Shown here in pieces: positions 35,458-47,400 of a stretch of 64,000 bases of DNA. Both the position numbers and the translations under genes were made by a program. Origin of the DNA: Eledone cirrhosa (Eukaryota). The stretch is from NCBI GenBank assembly GCA_964016885.1, contig OZ024742.1, positions 9,672,001-9,736,000 of the forward strand, given 5' to 3'. Position 1 is the stretch's first letter; every line of letters starts with the position of its first letter. The notes below the pieces were generated by a model. It was not told the DNA's origin. It worked only from the letters and a program-made list of their open reading frames with translations, and made no database searches.

Positions 35458-35657
35458 TAGGAAAAAGTATGGTCCCGACGGCAGAGCTCAAGCCGTTTCG
35501 ACGGCTATTTCTGGACTAAATAGTCTAGAAATAGCCGTCGAAACGGCTTGAGCTCTGCCGTTGGGGTCATACTTTTCCCATTTCCCACTCTACTACCCTA
35601 AGTATTGAGTATTCTGGTGCGTTATGGTCCATCTGGTTCTTTACCACAATTAATTTG

Positions 35658-35660
<3 letters not shown>
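35458..35660. mobile_element. Family C fold-back element
   Basis: cccgacggcagagctcaagccgtttcgacggctatttctggacta aa tagtctagaaatagccgtcgaaacggc... Confidence 0.75.
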
Positions 35661-35714
<54 letters not shown>

Positions 35715-35717
<3 letters not shown>

Positions 35718-37235
35718 GTTATACTTTGGGAGGGTCATGTTGCCAATAAGAAACACACGCACCAGTTGCATTCCACTTCAATTTATTATATATTTATAAA
35801 TTTATAAATTTACAAATCTACAAACTTATAAATTTCTGGTTGGTTGGTTCCACAACCAGGTAGTTGTTTATATATAGTCATAGTCCTTTCGTCACACACT
35901 CTGTGACCTCTTCAGTGACTGGGGATTCCTTTCTTTGTTTCTGTGCCTTTCCTTTCTTCTATCCTACGCCATTTTGTTTCTGTGTGTGTGTTGTGTGGTC
36001 AGTTTGCGCATGCGCCACATCCGGGTGTCTGTGTGTGTTTGTGTTCGTTTATCTATTTGTTTATTTATTTATTTATTTATTGTTGGTTGGTTGTTTGTTC
36101 TATGTGTGTGTGTGTTTTCATTTTGTCCTTAATTGTAAGTTGTTTGTTCTATGTGTGTGTGTGTGTTTTCATTTTGTCCTGTGTGTGTTTTCATTTTATC
36201 CTTAATTGTAAGTTGTGATGTTGCTGTTCCACTCATATTTTCTATTTAATTTTGGTTGTAATTCTTTTATGCTTACTGCCTCTGTAATTTGCCTAAACAT
36301 TGCATCTTTTCTGTGTGTGGATTCTATTTTTATTTCTATGTTCTCTAATCTACCCCTGTGTTCTATCTTAGCATGTTGGTAGAGCACAGATGATTCTTTA
36401 TTATCTTGAAGGTCTCGCCAGTGTTCATTTATTCGTTCCCCTATACTACGAGCTGTCTCACCTATGTACACTATATTTTTGTTTCTACATTGTCCTTCAG
36501 TACATCTTATGCTATACACTACATTTCTAGTTTTACAGTTAATATGGCGGCTTATTTTACAGGTTATACATTTCTTATCTATACATGAGGGTCTTTGGAA
36601 CGGGTATGTCTTGCTAATAAGTGTTTTTACGGAGGTACCTGGTCTTTCTACTATCTTAATATTGAGTTTATGTTTATTTAGGGCCCTTCTAAATTTGTAG
36701 GCTAGTTCGCCTCTAGGGGTTGTATTGATGAACATTACACTCTGGTATTTATTGCTATCATACCATGAGTTTATTCTATTGGCCTTGTTCCTAGTTCTTT
36801 CTATTCTATTCCAAAATTTGCTCCTATACAAGGGGCAGGTCCCATCTATGTCATTATTTACCATTTTTTCCCATTTGGTTCTGGCTCCTTTATACACTCT
36901 GATTCTATCTCTCTGATTGTAGCCAGAGAACTGCATACGGTGGATGAAGTGTTATATGTGTCTCTCTAGTTCTTCGGGGTTGCACATGCGGGACACATTT
37001 CTCATCACCCGTACCAAATCCGCAATCAGTATGTTGATTTTGGTATGGTCCGAAATGGCCGAGTTTCGGTGGATCAGATGTTTGGAAGTCATGGGTTTGG
37101 CATAATGGGAATGGAGGATTTGTTTTTGGTTCTTAATGGTATCTAACCAGAGTTCAGTGTCTAGTACAGGTAATCGATGGTTGGGGTGTCTATTTGGGTA
37201 GTCTATAGTAACTCTAATGCTCTGGTGGATGGAGT
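35715..37235 (-). mobile_element. PLE subfamily A' (diverged relative of family A), 5'-truncated
   Basis: ORF 36202..36936 MQFSGYNQRDR..CKTRNVVYSIRC..YIGETARSIGERINEH; terminus ccctcccaaagtataacaa shared with family A. Confidence 0.88.
35876..35920 (-). ncRNA. Minimal hammerhead in the A' pLTR
   Basis: agtca-CTGAAGA-g-GTCACA gagtg TGTGAC-GAAA-ggac-TA-tgact. Confidence 0.78.
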
Positions 37236-37532
37236 AAGTTACCTCCCCTACATTGTCTCAATTAAAAAAATTTAAAAATTAGCACTTAACTATAAACACC
37301 CACAATTTCTAATCTCTCGAGAAGTTACTTCCCCTGAAACCATCCTCTAATTAGTAAGGTAAATATGCCCTTTGGCAGCCATTTTGTTACCCATAGGCAG
37401 ATCTCACACAATGCAGCCCCGACAGATGAATACTGCTTGATTATGGCTGACAACTCATGCAACCAAGACACCATAGTAAAAACCAATATATGGAACATTA
37501 TATTATGTAACATTATCCTATTATTTTAATTT

Positions 37533-37672
37533 ATATTCCTTTGAAGTTCCGATGAGCCACTCTGTTTTTTAAATATGTTAATTATTTTCAACTGAACCAG
37601 ATCAATTATGATATATAGTCATCTGATCCAGAAATATCATATGGAGTAGCGAAACAATTGTAAACGGATATT
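37533..37672 (+). ncRNA. Hammerhead with long stem-II insert and CCGAUGA core
   Basis: gtt-CCGATGA-GCcACTC [~80 nt] GAGTaGC-GAAAC-AATT-GTA-aac. Confidence 0.55.
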
Positions 37673-37831
37673 ATTATTATTAATAGTATTATTATTATTC
37701 TCTACATTCCTTACATCAAAATATGTTGACAATCTTTTAATAATGTCTTCCTTGTGAAATTTGTGGTCTTGTTTTGCTTAACTAATGAATATATATATAC
37801 ATATATATATACACACATATATATACACACA

Positions 37832-37894
<63 letters not shown>

Positions 37895-37898
<4 letters not shown>

Positions 37899-38035
37899 CG
37901 AAGGAAGTGTGGTAAGGAACTAGGTGGACCATAGCACACCAGAGTACTGAATAATATGTGTAGTAGAGTGGGTAATAGAAAAAGAGTCAGGACCCCGCCG
38001 ACTGAGCTCCGGCCGTTTCGACAGCTAGTTCTGAA
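37895..38035 (-). mobile_element. Family C element
   Basis: ataacgaagg..ggaccccgccgactgagctccggccgtttcgacagctag. Confidence 0.65.
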
Positions 38036-38145
38036 CATTTATTATAATGCTCGGTTTGTTTATAAACAAATTATTCTGCTCAGCCGTTAATATGCATGAG
38101 GAAAGTATATACTTTCAAACGTTCAATCAACTGACAGGAAGGTAT

Positions 38146-38188
38146 ACGGTGCTGATGAAAGCTGATAATCTAGAAACCAGTTCATCGT
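38146..38188 (+). ncRNA. Minimal hammerhead inside a ~265-bp inverted-repeat element (38032-38296)
   Basis: acggtg-CTGATGA-aagctgataatcta-GAAAC-ca-GTT-catcgt; 6-bp stem I, weak stem II. Confidence 0.6.
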
Positions 38189-38443
38189 TCTTTGTCAGTG
38201 TTGAACAAAAGGGCAACGATGGTTGCCGAACGCTGTACGGCTAATAATTCGGGCTGTTTGTTTACAAACAAATCGAGCATTATAATAAATGTTCGGTAAA
38301 CCCATACGTACATATATATATATATGTGCATGTATGTATGTATATACATACTACTGTACGTCTGTGTACATATAAGTATGTACGTACACATACTTAAATA
38401 TAAATATATATATATATATATATGTGTGTGTGTATGTGTGTGT

Positions 38444-38514
<71 letters not shown>

Positions 38515-38578
38515 GGTGTGCGTGCGCGAGTATATATATATATGTGTATATATATATTTATATATATATATATGTGTG

Positions 38579-38642
<64 letters not shown>

Positions 38643-38876
38643 TAAATTTCTTTATTAACCACAAGGGCACAAAAGAAGGGTACAAATACAAATAGGGAGT
38701 TTACATACAGGTATATGAAAATAAAACTATTAATAAAATAACAAATAACAATTTATATCCCCAATAGGGGGAGGCGTTACACAGGGGTTGTACAAAGATC
38801 GTAAAAAAGTACAACCTTCATCTCCAGGAGCACCAAGAGTGAGTACACCCCTCCTCTCTTCCTCTTTTTCCTCAAC

Positions 38877-41800
38877 CTACAGGCTTATATAGAGAGAAGG
38901 CCCAACCACTCGGGCCATATTTGCCACTTTCACCCACCTTTTATAAAATTTGCTGGGGTACAGAACCTCTCTCTCTATTCTGATTCAACATCCAAAATGA
39001 TATTTGAAAAAACGAATCAGTTGCTCGCCGGAGAGAAAGGTGTCTGCCTTTTAACCTCGTCCACCATATAACCTCTTTCACCATCGCCATAACATGTAGG
39101 AAAACCGCCTATCCCTCGTTTTTGAAGGAGTGTGGTGGTTTGATCATGACAATGGACTCGGTGGTCAACCGGATTGGTCCCACCCGCGACAATAGTCGTT
39201 CTATATAGCCCCACAGGTCGGTAACGCCCGGGCAGTGTACAAATGCGTGCGCGACGGTTTCCTCGTCGCGCACGCATCTCGGACAGATCTTTTTCGAAGG
39301 GTCCCTATCCGTGCGCCCGTGTATGTAGAGCTTGTCTCGAACTGGTAGAGCTCCTCAGTAACACTGCCAGGCCAGGGACTTTTGGAAGTTGTCCATTGGT
39401 CCCGGGTGGAAAGTCCTACCGAACAGACTGGCCAGTTCGTCCTCCTCTACGCCCAGAGTTTTTCCGAGCACGTCGTCGCACTTGCTGCGGACCAACCTAT
39501 TATAGAATGTCGAAGTGGAGCCTCCACTGATCGCCGGGTCCGTTTGCTAGAGGACTGTGAGCGCCAGAGCACATTCGATATCCCAGTCGCCCATTTTCCT
39601 CGGTCTTTGCTTGACCCAGGACTGCAGCTCGGTCAGCGAGACGAGTCGTGGGAAGGCTCGCCTCACGAACCGGGCCCACATCGGTTGTCTGGTGAGGAAT
39701 ACGTGGAGGTGCCGCAGCCTGAGCGCGTGTTTGCGCATCGTCAGTCAAGGCATCCCCAGCCCTCCGTTTGAAGGGTGTTGGGAACAGATGGATCTTCTCA
39801 CCAAAGGAGCCCGTTTCTTCCAAAGGAATTGGAAGAGCGCGCGCTCCATTTTGATGAGCGTTTTGGCTGGACAAGGCACGAGGATCAAGCGGCAGTAGAT
39901 GACGGACGCTATATAAGTGTTCGCTACCTCCGATCTACCTTTCAAGGATAGTTTGCACTCGGCCCACTTCTGGGTGAGCGCAAACACTTTGGCCGTCACC
40001 TCGTTTCAGTTATTCTCCACCTGGAGATCCGGACCAAACCAGACCCCGAGCAGCTTTACCGGTCCTTCCGTCCAGCGTCCGACGACGCCATCGGAAGGCC
40101 TTCTCCACGTTCCGAGTTGCAAACCGACGGATTTGTCCCGGTTCAGCTTCGCTCCTGTGAACCTTTCGTATTCCTCCAGTAAGGTGCCGAGCTCCCCGAT
40201 TTGCGAGGTGCTCGACACCATTACTGTCACGTCGACGGAGTAGGCCGACGCCGCTTTTCGCAGTCCCGGTTCCAAAGGGATGCCCTGCAATAGCTCCAAC
40301 TTCCGCAGTAGTGGCGCGAGAGTCAGTACGTACAGAAGGGAGGAGAGAGGGCACCCCTGTCGGATGGATCGCGTGATATGGAACGGCTCCGAGAGGTAGC
40401 CGTTTACCTTGACCCTTGAGCAGATGTTGCTGCTGTGCATTGCTGCAATCCAGCCCCTGAACACGGGTCCGAAGCCTGCTGCCTCGAGCACCGCATCCAG
40501 GTAACGATGGTCAACCCTATCGAAAGCCTTAGACTGATCGAAATTGATCAGGCCCCACCGCAGCCGGGTTTACACCCTACCCTCTCTATGATGTATTGCA
40601 TGAGGTGGAGGTTGTCGTGTATGGACCTGGTCGGGATTGCGTATGTCTGTGCTTCCCCCACCAGGCCTTCGGCGACAAGCACCTGTATCTTTGTTAACAC
40701 CTTGGCCAAAATATGTAACTCTCTGTTGAGCAGAGTTATGGGCCCGAAGTTGCCTATGTCATCCCCCTTATTCTCGTCCTTCCTGACTAACGTGATTACG
40801 CCCTTGATCACAGAACTGGGAATTCCACCGTTCTGCTGCCAGTCGCAGTAGACCGCTTCCAGGAGACCAGAGAACCAGTCCGGCATTGCTACGTAAAATT
40901 CGTAGTGTAGACCGTCGACCTGGATATTTGCGTTTGCCACATTGGCTCAGCACGTCCCCCATCTCAGAGGCCGTAATCGGCCTTTCGCAGAACTTCGCCT
41001 CGCTGTCGGAGAGTCGCGGTAGGCCGTCGAGGTATTAACCAAAATCCATAGGCCCTCCCGGCGCGCCGCCCTGCCCTAACAGTTGAAAGGCCGCGCACAT
41101 TTGCTTCGGCTCACGTATCACGCGTCCGTCTTGGTCCTGCGAAGTTCAAATCGTGGACTTGTTGCCACTTTTCGCCTCCGTCACTCGGACCCAGCTAACA
41201 GCTTTGGCTCCCTTGTTTCCCAGAGCCCGTATCTTGCTTCTGACAACGCAGCCTTCATGCTTTGCGTCGAAGAACTGGTACAAGGCCGTTCTCGTCGCTA
41301 GCACGCTGGCTACGTTGCCACTCCTAAGTGCCTCTTCTACTTTATCTACCTGTTCCTTTTCGGTCTTATTTCTCTCTAACACTAATTCTTTACTAAAACC
41401 TATCGAGTCTAATCTAACTGCCTTCTTGAGAGAGTACCATCATCTGTTGTTGACAAGGCCCCCGTCAAGTGCTGCTTAACTAAAGTGCTAATCCGTCTAC
41501 TGTAGGCTTTGCATGTAGGTAATGACAAGTTCAGCTTCCATTAGCCGGGTCCCTATCTATGGGTTTTGTCAAGGTTGACTAAGCAGGTCACTAATTTGTG
41601 ATCTGAATAGGCAACCATGCACATTTGTGGACAGCTTAACATGTCCCTATCCTTCTTTCTAACTAGAACCCTATCTAGGTACGATCTAGATGTTTCGCTA
41701 CGATTACTCCACGTCCACAGTGGCACAGTCGGAAAATCTAGTCGATATCTATCGGCCAGGTCAAGTCGGCCGATTAAGTGTTTGAGCCTGTTACACCCCT

Positions 41801-42275
41801 CTATCAGGACATGCTCCCACATAGTCCCAACGTGCATCTAGTATTACATTCCAGACCCCCACTAACAGCAGGGAGCGGGACGTTCCCAGAAAAGTCTCTA
41901 GACCTCTGAGGAAGTCTGGCCGCGGTGTCCGGATGGGGCATATGCGGCCACCAGCCTGAAGGCTCCACCTTCACTAACGTCAACGTCTAGGACCAACAGT
42001 CGACCCCGCGGGTCCAGATGTACCGTCTGTGTTACGAGGTCCAGGTGTTTCCGCAGCAAAACAGCAACCCCATCCCCACCTCCCGGCTGACAGAGAGATG
42101 TGTAGATCTCAAAGTCGTCGAAGATGGGGGCCAGTTGTTGCTCGCTGTGGATCATGGACTCGCAAATGGCTACTACATCCATACTGTGCGACCTGAGGTC
42201 ATTTAAGAGTTTGCCCTGCTTCCAGGGGATCTCCAGGCCGCGTACATTCACACATCCAACTCTTATATTGGCCAT
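38877..42275 (-). pseudogene. T1 ORF2 (APE endonuclease + RT), multiple frameshifts
   Basis: Fragments 41898..42275, 41553..41837, 40548..40940, 40006..40491, 39745..39999. Confidence 0.88.
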
Positions 42276-42311
42276 GTTGGTGCTGAAAAGTTAAAAGAAG
42301 AGGAAAAGAAA

Positions 42312-44227
42312 TCACTCACCTCTTCGTCTCCTGGGGACCAGGCTGCACAATTTCCATGGGGGTGTTGGAGGGGTTGTTTGGTGGGGTGGTGGTCTCTGGC
42401 GGGGTGGGGATAGATATGTTGGTGGGGAGGGGGGAGGTAGGGTGGTGGTGTCTGGGGTGGGATTATCTGGGTTGGGGGTGGGGAAACATTTCAAAAGGAC
42501 GCGGTTATAGGGTTTGACGCAGGGGTTACCTACGACGTTAGGAAATTTTTCTTTTAACTGTTTATGTTTGTCCATGGAGGTCCTAATCGTTTTAAGATTA
42601 GGATCCTCCGAAGAGTGTGTAAAAGTTTTCCCTTCGGTCTCCACCGAAGGGTTTTTATATATGGTGTCTGTTAAAGTTTTATTGTTAGTATTTATGTAGG
42701 TGTAACATTTTTGTTGTGTTGTGTTGCTTTTTACTGGGGTTCTTGTGTGTGTTTACGTTTTGTAGTAGGTGTTTTGTTTTCAGGAGGGGGTGTTTTTGTT
42801 TGTGCTGTTTGCGTCGCTTGTGTTGGTGTTTGTGTGTTTGATGCATTTATGTTTGTGTTATGTCTTTTCTTTTTTCTTTTTACTGGTCGGAAAGGCTCTT
42901 CCTCATTGTCACTGGGTGACGATGATGAGGCCTCATCCGTGTTGTTGGGGAGGGGTAGATTTTGGGGAACGGTTATGTGTGTGGGTGTTTCTGGAGTTGT
43001 TTTAGGTGTGGAGGGGTTGGGTGGGACTGTGTTTGCAGTTTGGTTTGTTTTTGTGTGTTGTTGTTGTGGTGGTTGTTGTGGTTGTGTTGTTGTGTTGGGT
43101 GTCGGCAGTAGTACCTTTTTTTTAATGCAGTTAATTGAGGACAGGAAGCCCTCAGGTGACCACTGCTTAAACAGTGGTAACATGAAGGTTGCCTTCCCCC
43201 AACAGAAATGTTTATGTAGGAATTTCCATCCAGAGGCACACGTTGTGGTATTCTAGCTATCCGTTCTGGTCTCATTTGGACCAGAACTTCTAAGCTTGTA
43301 CCGTTGAATATGCCCCTGGAGGACTTTCCTACCGAAATTACTGTATCTTCATCAAAATTATGAAAACCAGCTAATATCCACCAGATGTTTACAATTGGTG
43401 TGATATTAGTTACTTTTATTTTTTGGGGTCCTTTTACCCATATATATGGTTAAAAAGGTGTAGAGTGGGGACACAATTGGCGACACAGAATATTTCTGTG
43501 CCGTCAATTGATCTTTCATTATTATTGATAAACTCCCGAAGAGTTTTCCCTTCTGTATGAAGGCAATGTCCTTCATGGAGTTTCTTAGAACCAGCTCAAT
43601 TTCGTTTTGAGTTAATTGAGCTGGTTTTCTGGTGGTATTTGAGATTGTCCTAAAAACTATGGTTTTCAGGACTGTCTGTACGCAATTCTTGGGGAGAAGT
43701 GATGCTAAAAGCGCCATTCTCTCCAAAAGTTATTTATTGCTTGGCATTTCTTAGCAATTCTCCGGCATTAGAGATGTCAATCTGTGTATATGGTTCTGTC
43801 TTTTGGACAGTTTGTGCAAACGAAGCCTCTTTTCCTTGTTTGTGGAGTTGTTCTTGTTGGTGTTGTTGTCATTACTGTTGCTGCTGTTGGTGTTGTTATC
43901 ATCATTGTTGCTGTTGTTGTTATTGTCGTCGTTGTTGTTGTTGTTGTTTTTGTAGTTCTCAATTGCTTGATCTGTGGTTACGGAATTCATTTGTGAAGTT
44001 GTGTTTTCGTTCATAGCATTGTTGTTATTGTTGTTGCTGGTGCCGTTGGTTGTGTTGTTTTGGTTTATTGCCATGGCAACGTCACGTTGTCGGTCAGCAG
44101 GTGGAGAAAATCCTTCCTCTGGCTGACCTTCGTCTTTGACATCTGCTACTATGACAGAGGCAGGGGGAAGCTGTAAGCATATCTTCCCCTTTTCTCATTC
44201 GAATGTTGGTGAAGAAGCTTCAGCCAT
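42312..44227 (-). pseudogene. T1 ORF1 (gag-like, Asn-rich N-terminus, zinc knuckle), frameshifted
   Basis: Homologous to T2 ORF1 (VFRTISN, RIPQRVPLDG, CxxCxxxxHxxxxC). Confidence 0.75.
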
Positions 44228-44463
44228 TAAAAAAAATGTTAGCTTTTCCTAGAAAAACATTTTATGTACTATTTCGCCTAAAGGCGTAGCATATTTTGAG
44301 AGACTGACCAGATAAAAATTTGACCTGGCAGCCCCTCTACAAATTCGTATAAAATGAAGGTTCACAGTGAGGAATTTCTATAGAAATTTAGGCAGAACTT
44401 ACCCAGCAAGTTTCACGCGTGTGTCCATCCCAGATAGATAGATAGATAGATAGATATAGATAA

Positions 44464-47400
44464 CTTTTTTGTATTTGCCACCAGGGAATCAAAGAGTGGG
44501 ACAAGTACAATGGGGGGAGTTTACATAAAAAGGCGTCCTCAATAAGGAGGGGGCAATAATAAAATATAAACATATAAAAATATAAAATATAAGAAAAATA
44601 AATTGAATAACAAAATCCTCAATAGGGAGGAGTCGCCGAAAAACGTGTGCAACCCTTCTCCTCAGGAGCACGGAGAGAGGGTGCTCCCTTGATCTTTCAT
44701 CTTCCTCACCTACAGTCTGATGTAGAGTGAAGGCCGATTCACACGGGTCATTCTCGCAACTTTCACCCATCTTTCATAAAAACGGCTGGGGTGCAGCACC
44801 TCTCTCTCCATCCTGATCCTTCTTCCGAAATGATATCGGAAGAAACGGACCAGTTGTTGGCCAGAGAGAAAGGTGTCTGACCTCAGTCCTTTCAGACGCG
44901 TTCGCCATGGCTATTACGCACAGAAACACCGCCTCTCCTTCGTTTTTGAAGAGGGGAGGCAGCTTGACCGTTACAATAGACTCGGTGGTCAACCGGATCG
45001 GTTCCACCCGTGACAGCAGTCGTTCGACATAGCCCCACAGATCGGCAATTCCCGAGCAGTGTACCAATGCGTGTGCAACGGTTTCCTCGTCGCACACGCA
45101 TCTCGGACAGATCTTTTTCGATGGGTCCCTACCCGAGCGCCCGTGTCTGTAGAGCCTTTTTCGAACGGGCAGAGCCCCTCGGTAGCACTGCCAGGCCAGG
45201 GACCTCTGGAAGTTATTCATAGGTCCCGGGCTGAATGTCCTACCGAACAGGTTGGCCAGTTCGTTTTCCGCCATGCCTAGGGCTTCTCTGAGGGCGTCGT
45301 CGCACCTGCTAACCACCAGCCATCTATAGAATGACGAGGTGGATTCTCCACTGACAGCCGGGTCCGCCTGCCAGAGAGCCGTGAGCGCCTGGGCACACTC
45401 GGTGTGCCAGGTGCCCAGTTTTCTCGGTCTTTGCTTGACCCAGGATTACAGCTCGGTGAGCGAGACGAGTCTGAGAAAGGTTCGCCCCACAAACGGGGCC
45501 CACACCGGTTGACTGGTGAGGAATACCTGGAGGTACGGTAGCCTTAATGCGTGTTTACGCATCATCAGACACGGAATGCCCAGCCCTCCTTTCGAAGAGT
45601 GTTGACAGCAGATGGATCTCCTCACCATAGGAGCCCGCTTCTTCCAAATGAATTGGAAGAGTGCGCGCTCCATTTTGGCGAGCGTTTCCCTTGGGCAATG
45701 CACGACGGTCAGGCGGTAGTAGATGACGGACGCGATATAAGTGTTCGCCACCTCCGCCCGACCTTTCAGGGACAGTTTGCAATCGGCCCACTTCTCGGTC
45801 AGTGCAAACACCCTGTTCGATACCTCACCCCAGTTCTTCTCCACCTGGAGGTCTGGTCCGAACCAGACACCGAGCAACTTCACCGGGACCTCCGTCCAGC
45901 GCCCGACGACGTCATCGGAGGGCATCGATCTGCCCCTCCACATGCCGAGTTGCAGAACCATCGACTTGTCCCGGTTCAGCTTAGCCCCTGTAAAACTTTC
46001 GTACTCCTCCAGTAAGATGCCGATCGCCCCGATTTCCGAGGCCGTCGACACCATTACTCTTACGTCATCGGCGTAGGCCGACACCGCTTTCCGCAATCCC
46101 GGTTCTAACGGGATGCCCTGCAACAACTCCAACTTCCGCAGCAGTGGCTCTAGAGTCATTACATACAGAAGGGAGGAGAGAGGGCACTCTTATCAGATGG
46201 ACCGCGTGATTTCGAAAGGCTCCGAGAAGTAGCCGTTCACCTTGACCCTAGAGCAGATGCGGCTGCTGTGTATGTCATTGATCCAGCCCCTGGAAACCGG
46301 TCCGAAGCCTGCCGCCGCTAGCACCGCATCCAGGAAACCATGGTCGACCCTATCGAACGCCTTAGATTGAATCAAGTTGATCATGCCCCCACCAAAGCCG
46401 GGTTCGTTGCCAACCCTATCTATGAGGTGGAGGTTGTCGTGGATGGACCTCGACGGGATAGTACATGTCGGCGCATCTCCCACCAGGTTGCCCACGACAA
46501 GCGCCAACCTCTTTGCTAGAACCTTGGCCAAAATCTGTAACTCTGTATTTAGCAGAGTTATGGGCCTGAAATTATTTATATCGTCCCCCTTGTTCTCGTC
46601 CTTCCTCACTAGCGTGACTACAGCACAGGGAAAACCACTTTTTCCAACAACACAAATAACAACACAACCACCACCACCACCACGACAACAAGAAAAAACA
46701 ACGGCGTGATCACAGCACAGGGAATTCTCCCGTTCTGTTGCCAGTTGCAGTAGACCGCCTCGAGGAGATCATGGAACAAGTCCGGCATAGGTAGATATAG
46801 TTCGTATGGAAGACCATTGAGATCCGGGGATTTGCGTTCGCCGCATTGGCACAGCACGTCCTCTATCTCAGCGGCTGAAATCGGCTCCTCACAGGACTTA
46901 GCCTCCCTGTCCGAGAGACGCGGCAGGCCGTCTAGGTATGGACCGAAGTCCACTTCCCCAACCGGTTCCCCGCCCCTTCCGAACAATCTGGCAAAGTGCT
47001 TTTGAAAATCCTCGCACATCTGTTTAGGTTCAGGGATCACCCGTCCATCCTGGTCTCGCAAAGACCGGATAGTGGATCTACTCCCTCTTTTGGCTTCTGT
47101 CACGCGGGCCGAGCTAACTGCTTTGGTCCCCTCGTTTCCCAGAGCATGTATTTTGCTTCGAACGATGCAGCCTTCGTGTTTGCATCGAAGAACTGGCCCA
47201 GGGCCGTTCTCGACGCTAGCACTCTGCCCACGTCGCCGCTTCTAATTGCCTCTTCTACACTATCTACCAACTCCCTTTCCTTCCTATTTCTATTTGAGGC
47301 TAACTCCTTACTAAATTCTATAGAGACTACCCTAATCTCTCTTTTGAGAGATCCCCACTACCTGTTGTTGACGATGGCGCCCGTCAACCGCTCCTTAACT

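Larger units (their letters stand above)
38645..44431 (-). mobile_element. Near full-length Tx1/L1-clade LINE, copy T1 (degraded)
   Basis: ORF1 with CCHC knuckle CYHCLSSGHLRASCP; ORF2 with APE (VNVRGL, SYLDR, YSDH), RT (PITLLN, RQGCPLS) and C-terminal Cys motif; AATAAA near the 3' end. Confidence 0.92.
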
